Assembly: GCA_965263295.1 (NCBI GenBank) | Contig: OZ253665.1 | Coordinates: 2,272,001 to 2,336,000, forward strand | From: Spirochaetia bacterium | GTDB lineage: Bacteria; Spirochaetota; Spirochaetia; SP-2023 | Length of the DNA: 64,000 nucleotides | Direction: 5' to 3' | In this document: one piece after another, positions 29,638 through 39,429 of the stretch | Position numbering within the stretch: position 1 is the stretch's first letter | How the letters are laid out: the number at the start of each line of letters is the position of its first letter | Made by a program: the position numbers and the translations under genes | The notes under the pieces: generated by a model | What the model was told of the DNA's origin: nothing | The model's database searches: none | Seen by the model: the letters and a program-made list of their open reading frames with translations, nothing else

Positions 29638-30441
29638 ATGGAAGAAGTATTGGAGATGCCCGGCAAAGATTGCCCGATAGAAAAAATGCCGGGGCACTGG
29701 CTATTGGCCAGACTGGGCAAAAAGGTCCTGCGGCCCGGCGGCAAGGCCCTGACGAAAGAAATGCTGCAGGCCCTGCAAATTAATTCTCGCGACAGGGTGG
29801 TCGAGTTCGCTCCCGGCCTGGGCTTTACGGCCAAGCTATGCCTGCAACAGGGCCCGCAAAAATATACCGCCATTGAACAGAATAAAGAGGCGGCTCGCCT
29901 CGTCAATTCTTACTTGAATGGCGAAGATCAGACTTGCAAGATTGCCAATGCCCAAGATACCGGCCTGGAAGCTGCCGGCACCGATGTCGTCTATTGCGAG
30001 GCGATGTTGACCATGCAGTCGGATCATCAAAAAGCCGCGATCATTGCCGAGGCGGCCAGGATTCTCGGCGAAAAAGGTCGTTACGGTGTGCACGAGCTCT
30101 GCATTGTGCCCAATGACATTGATGAAAATAAGATGCGGGAGATTCAGAAGGCTGTTGTGCAGGCCATACAGTCGCCGTCAACACCCCTGACGCCCGCGGC
30201 GTGGAAGGAAAAATTCAGGGACGGCGGCTTTTCCGTGGTTTATGAGAAGCTGGCGCCGATGCACCTGCTGGAACTCAGGCGCATGATTGATGACGAAGGG
30301 ATCGCCGGCGTGTTGAAAATTGCCAAAAATCTGCTGCGCAGCCCCAAGTCGAGAATCAGGTTGCTGGGCATGTACAGAGTATTTAGGAAATACCGGGATA
30401 ACCTGGCCGCCATTGCGCTGGTTTCGAACCGGCAAGGATGA
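29638..30441 (+). CDS. Class I SAM-dependent methyltransferase
   Basis: MPGHWLLARLGKKVLRPGG, VEFAPGLG motif I, EAMLTMQ; AGGAG RBS. Confidence 0.85.
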   Translation: MEEVLEMPGKDCPIEKMPGHWLLARLGKKVLRPGGKALTKEMLQALQINSRDRVVEFAPGLGFTAKLCLQQGPQKYTAIEQNKEAARLVNSYLNGEDQTCKIANAQDTGLEAAGTDVVYCEAMLTMQSDHQKAAIIAEAARILGEKGRYGVHELCIVPNDIDENKMREIQKAVVQAIQSPSTPLTPAAWKEKFRDGGFSVVYEKLAPMHLLELRRMIDDEGIAGVLKIAKNLLRSPKSRIRLLGMYRVFRKYRDNLAAIALVSNRQG

Positions 30442-30599
30442 TATCGGTCGGCATTAAATACTGCCCAAATGCCTCGTCATGTTTTCGAGCCATTCTTGGT
30501 AGTCTGACGAGGCCCGCCGTCCCCTCTCGCCGTCTGGGACAAAAAGTCTATTTTTGCGTTTTCGCGATTGCCGGTGGCCCGGAAATGATTCGGGCGCAG

Positions 30600-30686
30600 C
30601 CTGCTGTCATATTTTTTGCCAGCAAAGCATCCTCATTTTGTACCGGGGTCAATCTGCTTGTCGATGGAGGCTTAGTTTGCCACTAA
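30600..30686 (+). pseudogene. C-terminal remnant of a short-chain dehydrogenase (SDR)
   Basis: PAVIFFASKASSFCTGVNLLVDGGLVCH* matches the SDR terminal motif (FLAS..S.F.TG..L.VDGG); no upstream GxxxGxG or YxxxK was found. Confidence 0.7.
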
Positions 30687-30833
30687 AACCCTGAATCAAG
30701 GGCTTCGTTTCACTGGCGGAAAATCTTTGTGCCACAAGCGCTATATTCAATTGTATAGAATCAAAAAACACTTTTGTGAACCGCGCGGCGCTAAAACCGA
30801 CGTATAAAATATTCCGGGTGGTTTCGATTTTTA

Positions 30834-30862
30834 TTGATAAAAACTCCTTTCGGTTTTACAAT
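30834..30862 (+). promoter_or_regulatory. Putative sigma70 promoter of the sugar ABC operon
   Basis: TTGATA-17nt-TACAAT. Confidence 0.6.
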
Positions 30863-30931
30863 ATTCTGAGGTCTAGAACTTATTTTTATTCATTGGCTGT
30901 TTCCAGCTATTTGTAATCAGAGGAATGTATT

Positions 30932-32203
30932 ATGAAATCAAAATCTATAATCTCTTGGCTAGCTTTGGCTTGCGCCTTGCTGGCATTCGCCTGCAACAAA
31001 AGCAGCGATGGCGCCGCGGAAGGTTCCGCACAAAAAAAGAGTATTGTGATCTACCAGAACAAGGTGGAAATCCACGAGGCCCTAAGTGATTTTGCCGCAG
31101 CCTACACAGGCGAAACGGGCGTGGAAGTCATCGTTAAGACTTCTGGTGGGGGTATGGACTACGCTGGAATGTTGAAGGCGGAATTTCAGTCCGACCGTCA
31201 ACCGGATGTATTTTGTATTGAAGGTATGGGTCATTATGAGACCTGGAAGGATCAGCTGGAACCTTTCAGCGACCAGGAATGGATGGACCATACTAATTTG
31301 GCTTTTCAAGCGGATGGCCAGACTTGGGGCTTCCCCGTGTCCATTGAGGGCTGGGGTCTCGCTTATAACGAGGCCATGCTGGACACAGCGGGCATCGGCC
31401 CCGCGACCCTGACGTCACAGGAGGCGTTCGCCGCCGCCTTCGCCAAGTTGGACTCCATGAAGGACGAGCTGGGAATTGACTCCGTCGTGGCCATGGCCGC
31501 CGGCCCGGAAATGACTTGGGTAACGGGTAACCACAACTTTAACGGTTATCTCTTGGCCGGCCTGCCCTACGGTGACCACACGGTCATCGACCAGCTCAAC
31601 AACGGCGAGGTGGACTCCGCCCGTCTGGCCGAATACGCCGACTGGGTGGAACTGCTCTTCAACTACGCCGACAGGCGCGTCTTGCTGACGGGCAATTATG
31701 ACGCTCAGGTCGCTCAGTTCGCCACCCAGAAGTCGGTATTTATCCACCAGGGCAACTGGATTGACCCCTGGCTCGTGGAAAACGGCGTCGACTTTGAAAT
31801 GGGTTTTGCTCCCCACGCGTCAGTTTCAGGCGAACACAACGCCATCTTCATCGGGGCTCCTTCGTTCTACGTCGTCAACAAGGGCAGCCCATCCAAGCAG
31901 GAAGTCAACGACTTTCTCAATTATTTGGCCACCGACCCCAAGGGCTGGGACTACATGGTGGAGCAGGCCAAAATGGTGCCGGCCTTCACCAACATAGACC
32001 TAAAACCTTCGACGCCACTTTCCGCGGCCGTGGCCGCCTGGAACTCGCGTCCCAATGGAGCCTATACCTGGTTGCAGTACGACATGCCGGATGGCTTTGG
32101 CATGGGAATTCTAGGGCCAATCTTTGGCGCCTACGCCAAGGGAGACATAGATAAACAGGGGTTTATCGACCAGATCGCAACTTCAATTGAAGCTCTCAAA
32201 TAA
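30932..32203 (+). CDS. Carbohydrate ABC transporter substrate-binding lipoprotein (CUT1)
   Basis: Lipobox LLAFA-C; SBP_bac_1-like PDVF and G.P...EGWGLAYN motifs. Confidence 0.9.
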   Translation: MKSKSIISWLALACALLAFACNKSSDGAAEGSAQKKSIVIYQNKVEIHEALSDFAAAYTGETGVEVIVKTSGGGMDYAGMLKAEFQSDRQPDVFCIEGMGHYETWKDQLEPFSDQEWMDHTNLAFQADGQTWGFPVSIEGWGLAYNEAMLDTAGIGPATLTSQEAFAAAFAKLDSMKDELGIDSVVAMAAGPEMTWVTGNHNFNGYLLAGLPYGDHTVIDQLNNGEVDSARLAEYADWVELLFNYADRRVLLTGNYDAQVAQFATQKSVFIHQGNWIDPWLVENGVDFEMGFAPHASVSGEHNAIFIGAPSFYVVNKGSPSKQEVNDFLNYLATDPKGWDYMVEQAKMVPAFTNIDLKPSTPLSAAVAAWNSRPNGAYTWLQYDMPDGFGMGILGPIFGAYAKGDIDKQGFIDQIATSIEALK

Positions 32204-32219
32204 AATTTGCCGGTGAATT

Positions 32220-32271
32220 GACTTATAAATTAATCAGTGCATATGCATGTGCTCCGATTAATTTATAAGTC
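32220..32271. other. Intercistronic stem-loop (perfect 16-bp inverted repeat) between SBP and permease genes
   Basis: GACTTATAAATTAATC...GATTAATTTATAAGTC. Confidence 0.8.
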
Positions 32272-32308
32272 CTAGCCGTCCAGCGCCCTGCAAGTCCCAG
32301 GAAAATAT

Positions 32309-33208
32309 ATGGATAAGACCAACAAGCTTGTATTTTGGGGCTTTCTCGCTCCGGCTCTACTTGCTTTTAGTTTGGTACTTGTCGTTCCATTTTTAATGGG
32401 TATTTACTACTCAATGACCGACTGGCAAGCCATTTCGGGCAATCCGGTTCATTTTATCGGCTTAGAAAACTATGCCGGCATGTTTAAAGATGTCCAGTTC
32501 ATGTATTCCTTTGCCCTAACTTTTACATTTGCCGCCATTAGCATTATCCTGATCAACCTAGTGGCCCTGACACTCGCGACTCTGGTGACGCATAATTTGC
32601 CTCTAAAAAATTTCTTTCGTGCCGGCTTCTTTATTCCCAACCTGATTGGTGGTCTTGTCCTCGGTTTCATTTGGCAATTCATTTACAAAAATATCACTCC
32701 TGCCCTGGGTGCATTACTTGGCTGGCAAACTCTTGAGGATTTACTGATTCTGGCAGACGAACGCCTCGCTGTTATCGCCGTTATCGTGGCGTATACCTGG
32801 CAGTATGCAGGTTACATCATGTTGATTTATATCGCCGCGCTGCTCAACGTTCCACAAGAGTTAGTTGAAGCTTGTGAGCTCGACGGTGCGGGCTTCCTAC
32901 AGAAATTTCGCCACATAATTTTTCCGTTAATTGCCCAGGCATTCACCATCTCCTCGTTCCTGACTCTAGTCGCCTCTTTCAAACAATTTGACATCCTGAT
33001 CGCGCTGACAGCGGGAGGCCCGCCGATGCAATTTCACGGCCAGACCATCAATGCAACAGAGCTCCTCGCCCTAAATATTTACAATGTGGCTTTCAAGTTC
33101 AACCAGATGGGCCAAGGGCAGGCGCGATCTGTAATCTTCTTTGTCATCCTGGTGCTGATTGCACTGCTTCAGGTGCAATACAACAAGAGACGCGAAGTTG
33201 AAATGTAA
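32309..33208 (+). CDS. Carbohydrate ABC transporter permease
   Basis: F.GLENY, EAA-loop variant EACELDGA, multiple TM segments. Confidence 0.92.
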   Translation: MDKTNKLVFWGFLAPALLAFSLVLVVPFLMGIYYSMTDWQAISGNPVHFIGLENYAGMFKDVQFMYSFALTFTFAAISIILINLVALTLATLVTHNLPLKNFFRAGFFIPNLIGGLVLGFIWQFIYKNITPALGALLGWQTLEDLLILADERLAVIAVIVAYTWQYAGYIMLIYIAALLNVPQELVEACELDGAGFLQKFRHIIFPLIAQAFTISSFLTLVASFKQFDILIALTAGGPPMQFHGQTINATELLALNIYNVAFKFNQMGQGQARSVIFFVILVLIALLQVQYNKRREVEM

Positions 33209-33221
33209 GGAAACACCATTA

Positions 33222-34085
33222 ATGCCGCTCAGCAAAAAAAACGTACAAGAAATAATTCTGTTCGTTCTAACTGCTATTTTATTCATATTTGCGATGTATC
33301 CCTTTTTTATCGTACTAATTAATGCCTCCAAAACTTCATTGGAGATCATGACAAGCCCGGCTAAAATGCCTGCAAACTGGGGACAACTGTTCAAAAATAT
33401 CGGTGAAATATGGGGCTCGCGCTCGATTCGTTATCCTTCAAGCGTATGGAGCAGTTTCGTCATCACCACTTTGTCCTTGCTGCTCATTTGTCTGTGTTCA
33501 TCCATGGCCGCCTGGGTCCTGGTGCGCAGCAAAAGTAAAGTCTCGCATTTTTTATTCCTTATTTTTGCAGCTGGTCTGGTAGTACCGTTCCAAGTCGTCA
33601 TGTTTCCTTTAATTGAATTTTACCGCATGATTTTTGAAAGTCTTGGCCTGCGCATGCTGCGCAGCTACCACGGCATCATTTTGGCGTACATTGGTTTTGG
33701 TGCGCCATTAGCCATTTTTATGTTCCACGGCTTTATCAAGAGTGTGCCCCTGGAATTAGAAGAGGCCGCAACCATTGACGGCTGCGGCAAACCGGCCATC
33801 TTTTTCCGCATTATCGTGCCGATTATGAAACCTATTTTCATCACGATTCTGGTGCTCAACGTACTGTGGATCTGGAATGATTACCTCTTACCCGCCCTGG
33901 TCCTGGGCATAGGACAAGATTTACAGACTATTCCGCTGGCTATCCGGGCCTTTGCCGGTTCCTTTGTCAAAAAGTGGGACCTGATTATGACCGCTGTACT
34001 GATGGCGGCCATACCAATCATCGCCTTTTTCTTGATGGTACAAAGACATGTTATCCAGGGCATGGTTGCGGGCTCTATCAAATAG
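33222..34085 (+). CDS. Carbohydrate ABC transporter permease
   Basis: VP.ELEEAATIDG and WIWNDYL motifs; start ATG 33222. Confidence 0.92.
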   Translation: MPLSKKNVQEIILFVLTAILFIFAMYPFFIVLINASKTSLEIMTSPAKMPANWGQLFKNIGEIWGSRSIRYPSSVWSSFVITTLSLLLICLCSSMAAWVLVRSKSKVSHFLFLIFAAGLVVPFQVVMFPLIEFYRMIFESLGLRMLRSYHGIILAYIGFGAPLAIFMFHGFIKSVPLELEEAATIDGCGKPAIFFRIIVPIMKPIFITILVLNVLWIWNDYLLPALVLGIGQDLQTIPLAIRAFAGSFVKKWDLIMTAVLMAAIPIIAFFLMVQRHVIQGMVAGSIK

Positions 34086-34393
34086 ATAGGAACAGGCTTC
34101 ACCTCTTTTGCCTGCCCGTTCTCTGTCTGCAAATCGTTTAGCAAATTTTCTACAGCTTTTTCGTACCTTTCTGCCGCAGTTATTTCGGGATCTATGACAT
34201 TCTTTGTTTTCGTCTTTTGTGTGCGGTTATGTTGGCCTTAAAATATTAGTATCCCTGATAACTTTGCCAGCAGTCTGAATGCCAGGCCAGCCTTATTGAC
34301 ATCTCTTCGTTGCGATGGCTGACATATATGTAAAAATTGACTAGAATTGAAATCTGGCCACGCGAGCGCAGTCCTAAATTTTGCGCCAAGCTC

Positions 34394-34433
34394 TGTCCCC
34401 AATTTTGTCCCCTGTTTTGTCCCCTGTTTTGTC
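34394..34433. repeat. 12-bp tandem repeat TGTCCCCWRTTT x3.3, upstream of lptC
   Basis: Read directly. Confidence 0.8.
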
Positions 34434-34437
34434 AATT

Positions 34438-35172
34438 ATGTCTAGCTTCAAAGCCCCTGCCCAACTCTGCCTGATCCTGATGAACCTTGCAGCCTTAAAC
34501 AGCTGCCGCCTCAATACCGAATCCCTGACGACTGTCGACACCTTGGCCCGCGGCCTTCCCAATATTGTCATCAAGGGCGTCATTTATAAAGAAATAGAGA
34601 ACAAACAGCTGACAAGAGAAGTGCATGCTGACGAGTTCAAAGTTTTCAGCAAAGAGAATCTTGTCCAGGTAAAAAAAGGCCACGTAACGACCTACCGTGA
34701 CGGCGAAGAGCAACTTTTGGGCGAGGCTGAATCCGCGGAGTACAACCAGGAAAGCGAAGACGCCACCGTCACAGGGCCAATTAAAGTCCGCTACTATCCT
34801 GAAGAGACCAGCATCCTGGCGCAAAAGCTTGATTGGGTGCACGAAGACCGCATTCTGAGCTCTCCGCCAGAAGGCACGGTTGAAATTAGGCAAGATAACG
34901 GCACGGAATTCCAGGGCAAGGGCTTTGCCGTCGACATGAACAGCAAAACTGTGTCTTACCAGAAAGACGTTCATGGCCAACTCTACGCCGAGAGCGATGG
35001 CGAGGGAAAAGAAGGACCTAAGAACAGTCAGGTTCTGACAGCAGAAGAACAAGTGCCAAAGAACAGAAATCCAGATAATGCGCTTGAAAACTTACTTGGG
35101 GACTCACCAGGGAACCCTGAACCGCTTGAAAGCGGCAGTCCTGCAGCGGCCATTGACGAGGTTCGGCAATGA
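34438..35172 (+). CDS. lptC: LptC-like lipid export periplasmic protein
   Basis: Signal ending in Cys, beta-jellyroll-like sequence (G.GF..DM), first gene of the lptC-lptA-lptB order. Confidence 0.7.
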   Translation: MSSFKAPAQLCLILMNLAALNSCRLNTESLTTVDTLARGLPNIVIKGVIYKEIENKQLTREVHADEFKVFSKENLVQVKKGHVTTYRDGEEQLLGEAESAEYNQESEDATVTGPIKVRYYPEETSILAQKLDWVHEDRILSSPPEGTVEIRQDNGTEFQGKGFAVDMNSKTVSYQKDVHGQLYAESDGEGKEGPKNSQVLTAEEQVPKNRNPDNALENLLGDSPGNPEPLESGSPAAAIDEVRQ

Positions 35173-35903
35173 AAGCGAGAGTTGGGTTCTCAAGCATTTT
35201 ACTCCTGACGACACAGTGGCGCTCGACAATATTGACCAAGCCCCAAAGCCGTGCCTTGGTCTTAATGCTGATATTCAAGTTACTGGCCCATCTACAAGAC
35301 AACGCAAGCCTTGTCCACTTGCAGGCCGATACCATTGAATTCAGTGCGGAAAAGGTCTGGTCTACGGCGGCGAAAGGTCGCGAGCAAACTCAACTACAAG
35401 GCCATGTCGCAGTCGATGTCAATAACTCCAGCATCCAGACCGAACACTTGGACATCTTTGGAGAAGACCGCGATATCCTGGTTGCCAAAGGTAATGTCTA
35501 TATTGATAATCGCGAACAAGAGCTTGAAATCAAAGGCCGCGAGTTATTTTACAACCGCAAGACCAAGTTGCTGCGCATGCACGGTGATATTGATCTTCAG
35601 GACAAGGATAACGAGGTCATCGTTTATTGCGATTTTATTGAGTATGACGAAGATGCCGACGTGGTTAAAATGCAAATTAATGCCAGAATTTTCAGTGAAG
35701 ATATTACCGCTCGTAGCGAATATGCCGTATATAACCGCAAGACCCAAATTGTCGAACTGACGGGCGCTCCGATCGTGCACAAAGGTGAAGATATCTACCA
35801 GGCTGCCCGCATTTTTGTCAACCTTGATACAAAGGATATAGACCTGGATAATGGCGTTGAAGGGCGGATTATCACTAAAGATGACGACGATAATTCAGAG
35901 TAG
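35169..35903 (+). CDS. lptA: LptA/OstA family protein
   Basis: OstA-like beta strands (L.GHV.V, A.GNV, ELTG.P.V..G.D.Y.A.RI) and synteny with lptB. Confidence 0.8.
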   Translation: MKARVGFSSILLLTTQWRSTILTKPQSRALVLMLIFKLLAHLQDNASLVHLQADTIEFSAEKVWSTAAKGREQTQLQGHVAVDVNNSSIQTEHLDIFGEDRDILVAKGNVYIDNREQELEIKGRELFYNRKTKLLRMHGDIDLQDKDNEVIVYCDFIEYDEDADVVKMQINARIFSEDITARSEYAVYNRKTQIVELTGAPIVHKGEDIYQAARIFVNLDTKDIDLDNGVEGRIITKDDDDNSE

Positions 35904-35955
35904 TTATCGCTGCTCCCCAGCTCTTCGGAAATAATTTAGGAACAGACGGGACTCA

Positions 35956-37383
35956 ATGGCAAGACAACGAGCGCCATATGCCGGCCCAGATTCCGCGCTC
36001 GCGCGCAAGGGCCCTGGCACTAAGCGTGTTAGCTCTTTAAAAGATCGCCAATGGCAAGGCCAGAATCGCCCCCAGGCCGCCCAACGCCCGCAACTACAGC
36101 TGCGGCAGGCAGGCCGGTCCCATAGTGAGCATCATGGTGAGCGCGAGCGGCAACGCCGCATGAAAACTAGCCCGGTGGCGCCTTCGTTCCTGCCGACTGA
36201 CAACCCCGTCTTGCCGTTTCCTGGACCTGCCGGCCAGAGACGCAGCCGGAGAGACAAAAATCCTCGGCCTCCTGTTAGGGCTGATCATGTCACTAGTCAT
36301 AGATTTAGCCCTGGTGGGGCCGGCCATGCTCCCTCCCCTCCGGTGCGGCCCGTCTCCCCGACTTCCCCGCCGCCTGGCCATCCTGTGGCTCCCGCGACGG
36401 CTGAGACTCCGCAGGCGCAAGCTTTTGATAATATCTTATTTGATCAAGACCAGCATGAAGAGGCGCCGCAGAAAGACGAGCTCGGCTTGCCCAGCATCCA
36501 AGAGCTGGAGCGAGAGCAGAGGCAATTACAGCATAAACGCCGAAAGGAGGGAACGGAGGCCCTGCAGGCCCTGGAAATGGAAGCCCGCAGTCAGGAAATT
36601 GAGCGCGTCCACAGCAGTAAGATCGAAGTTCCCGAACTGGATCTGCGCATGCGTGAGGGGAATTCCTACCTGCACGCTTCTCATTTAAACAAGCGTTATG
36701 GCCGTAAAATTGCCGTGGTCGATATTTCAATCTCAGTGTGCCAAGGCGAGGTGGTCGGTCTGCTGGGCCCCAATGGCGCCGGCAAGACAACCTGTTTTTA
36801 CATGATTGCCGGTTTTGTGCATCCCACGCGCGGTCAAGTCCTGCTTGACGAACAAAATATCTCACGCTGGCCCATGTATAAACGGGCGCGCCAGGGGATT
36901 TCCTACTTGCCTCAGGAGGCCTCCATTTTCCGCTCGTTGACGGTGGAACAAAACCTGCTGGCCATTTTGGAATATCGCCGCGACATGAACCGCCGGGCTC
37001 GCATGGAAATGGCCGAATTCCTCATGCAGCGCTTGGGAGTGCTGCGCCTGCGCAAACAGAAGGCATCCACCCTGTCTGGCGGCGAGCGCCGCCGCGTCGA
37101 AGTCGCGCGCGCCTTGGTGCTGGAGCCGCGGTTTCTACTTCTCGACGAGCCGTTCGCAGGCATTGACCCGATCGCCGTGTCAGAAATCAAAGGGATCATT
37201 CGGGCATTGGCCCAGAGCAACATTGGCATCTTAATCACCGATCACAACGTCCGCGACACCCTGGACATCACAGACCGCTCCTATATCGTCAACCTCGGCG
37301 AGATTCTGGTCAGCGGCAGCCGCGCGGAACTGATTGCCTCCAAAGCCGCGCGCGAAGTTTATCTGGGTGCTGAATTTAGCTAG
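35956..37383 (+). CDS. lptB: LptB ABC ATPase with a long low-complexity N-terminal extension
   Basis: GLLGPNGAGKTTCFYM, YLPQEASIFR, LSGGERRRVE, LLDEPFAGIDP, ITDHNVR, YLG..F in the last ~240 aa. Confidence 0.92.
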   Translation: MARQRAPYAGPDSALARKGPGTKRVSSLKDRQWQGQNRPQAAQRPQLQLRQAGRSHSEHHGERERQRRMKTSPVAPSFLPTDNPVLPFPGPAGQRRSRRDKNPRPPVRADHVTSHRFSPGGAGHAPSPPVRPVSPTSPPPGHPVAPATAETPQAQAFDNILFDQDQHEEAPQKDELGLPSIQELEREQRQLQHKRRKEGTEALQALEMEARSQEIERVHSSKIEVPELDLRMREGNSYLHASHLNKRYGRKIAVVDISISVCQGEVVGLLGPNGAGKTTCFYMIAGFVHPTRGQVLLDEQNISRWPMYKRARQGISYLPQEASIFRSLTVEQNLLAILEYRRDMNRRARMEMAEFLMQRLGVLRLRKQKASTLSGGERRRVEVARALVLEPRFLLLDEPFAGIDPIAVSEIKGIIRALAQSNIGILITDHNVRDTLDITDRSYIVNLGEILVSGSRAELIASKAAREVYLGAEFS

Positions 37384-37412
37384 TCCCCTTCGCGATTGAG
37401 CACAATGGCAGC

Positions 37413-39110
37413 ATGAATACACACAACGCCCCCAAGTCATGCGCAAATTTTCCTGAATTGCTGCGACCCTACTGCTTCCGCAACTTAAAATATCGCTACT
37501 GGGGGCGGGATTACCATCTTGCCAGCTCACAAGAGCTGTTCAGCGCCACGCAAATTGATCGCGGCTCCCAGCTGCTGCTACAAAGCTTGTTGCCGCCGAC
37601 TGCAGCACAGGGCGCTGCCGGCCCGCTCGCGAGTCTGCTAGACAAAGCCTTTGACGCTCGCCCCTTTCAAGCCCAAGGCGCAGAACGAGCTGCGCCACAG
37701 GAAGCGCCGGACCAGGCCGGGCGAGCCCGGCTGGAAATCTGGGACTGGGGTTGCGGCATTGGCACCCTGGGACTGCTGGTCCAGGGCCACTGTGCCCAAG
37801 TATTGGCAAGGCGCAACAAGCTGCGGGCCCGCGGCGGCCTCGCAGCACAACAACTAAATTGTGAATTGCGCGTATTTGACCGCGACGCCCTGGCCCTGGC
37901 CTTCTGCGCGGCAAACTGGCGCGCCAATATCTCCCCTGAACTCGGATTTTCGCCCAGCCTGCACTTGACCCCTGGCATCTGGGGCGAAGAGCCCCTGGCC
38001 CCAGATGAGCCGGCAACGACGCAGCTGGTACTGAGCAATGTTCCCGCCAAACTTGGCGAGCCGGTACTGCGGCAAGTGCTCCCGGCCCTGGCCGCCAGTG
38101 GCGCCACTTATGTTGCGGTTGTGATCGTTGCCCCGCTGCGTCATCTCCTCGAAGCGGCCGCCGCAGCCGGACAAATTGAAATCTTGCAGCTCTCTGGTTC
38201 AGGTGACCACTGTGTGATTCATTACCGCCAGGCAAAAAACGCGCAAAACCCGGCGGCCCAGACATCAGTGCGCCAACTGCCCGCGGCCCTGAAACTCTAT
38301 AAACGCGGTGAGTCCTGTTTTGCCTTGGAGCGTCGAGGTCGCTCTTTCAATCTGCGCAAGAGCGCACGCCCCAAAGACAAGTCCCGCAAGCTAGAGGGCG
38401 AGCGGCAAGGCCCGGCCCGGCAATTGGGTGAGGCGCCCGCAAGCCCGTGCCGCAAAATTTCCAGCTGGCTGCTGCATTGGCCGTTCCGCAGTGCCTATGG
38501 CCTGCCAGATTTTGAGCGGCCGAGCTATGGCCTGGAACAGCAGGTCCGGCTACTGGCCCAGCGCAATTGGGGCGGCCGCATATTGCTGTGGCAGCCTGGG
38601 CACGGGCACTTGGCCTGTTTTTTGACCCTAAAGCCTGGTTGTCAAGTGCGGCACATTGACCTGGCGGGCCGCGACCGCCTGGGACTAATATTTGCCCAGC
38701 ACAACCTGAAAAATCTGGCCAACTTTACAGATAGACCCATTCCTGAAATGGCAATACACAGTCTAGCCTGCTGTGAAGCCATGCCCCTGGGCCCAGTTCC
38801 AGCCGATGGAAGTAGTGGACCTGGGGACAGAGATGGGGATGGAAACGGGGATAGACATGGCGGTCGGCATCAAAACAAACAAGGCTGGGACTTGATTGTA
38901 TTACCGCTGGAAGACAAATTATCGTGGCCGAAGGCCGAAGCCCTGCGCTCCTGGTTGGAACGCCAAGCCCCGCATACATGGCTCTGCATTCAAGGGCGCA
39001 GTCATAGCATTCAGCAGCTGCAGCAGCTGCCCGGCTGGACACCGCCCAAAGCCACTGCCCGTGAGGAACTGCGCGGCCATGGCCTGCGGACTCAACTCTG
39101 GCACAACTAA
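37413..39110 (+). CDS. Degenerate two-domain methyltransferase (RsmC/MTS-like)
   Basis: LFS...ID.GS.LLL, D.GCG.G.LGL and NVPAK.G motifs; second degenerate domain (PGHGH). Confidence 0.6.
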   Translation: MNTHNAPKSCANFPELLRPYCFRNLKYRYWGRDYHLASSQELFSATQIDRGSQLLLQSLLPPTAAQGAAGPLASLLDKAFDARPFQAQGAERAAPQEAPDQAGRARLEIWDWGCGIGTLGLLVQGHCAQVLARRNKLRARGGLAAQQLNCELRVFDRDALALAFCAANWRANISPELGFSPSLHLTPGIWGEEPLAPDEPATTQLVLSNVPAKLGEPVLRQVLPALAASGATYVAVVIVAPLRHLLEAAAAAGQIEILQLSGSGDHCVIHYRQAKNAQNPAAQTSVRQLPAALKLYKRGESCFALERRGRSFNLRKSARPKDKSRKLEGERQGPARQLGEAPASPCRKISSWLLHWPFRSAYGLPDFERPSYGLEQQVRLLAQRNWGGRILLWQPGHGHLACFLTLKPGCQVRHIDLAGRDRLGLIFAQHNLKNLANFTDRPIPEMAIHSLACCEAMPLGPVPADGSSGPGDRDGDGNGDRHGGRHQNKQGWDLIVLPLEDKLSWPKAEALRSWLERQAPHTWLCIQGRSHSIQQLQQLPGWTPPKATAREELRGHGLRTQLWHN

Positions 39111-39284
39111 ATGTGTCAGGCTCGGCACGAATTGCCTCGTTCCCCCTCATGCGAGAATGGGTTGACGGCTACGGGCAGATATCCAGCGGAACAGGTTGTT
39201 GGGACGAGTTTTGGAAACGAGCTAACTCATTTATAAATTTATAGATAAAATAAGCACTTTGAAGAAGCCCTTTGGACTGTCTTT

Positions 39285-39313
39285 TTGACAGCCTCCCCGT
39301 TTATCAGTAGAAT
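39285..39313 (+). promoter_or_regulatory. Sigma70 promoter of gyrA
   Basis: TTGACA-17nt-TAGAAT. Confidence 0.75.
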
Positions 39314-39429
39314 TCTGCCAGTTTTATGGCCTTGGCCTTTCTAATCCCGTGATTGGCGCTTGACCTGCGCTTGGCTTGTCCCCGCGAACAGCCGGGAATC
39401 AGTTTTCCAAACTCAAAAAGGAATTTGCA

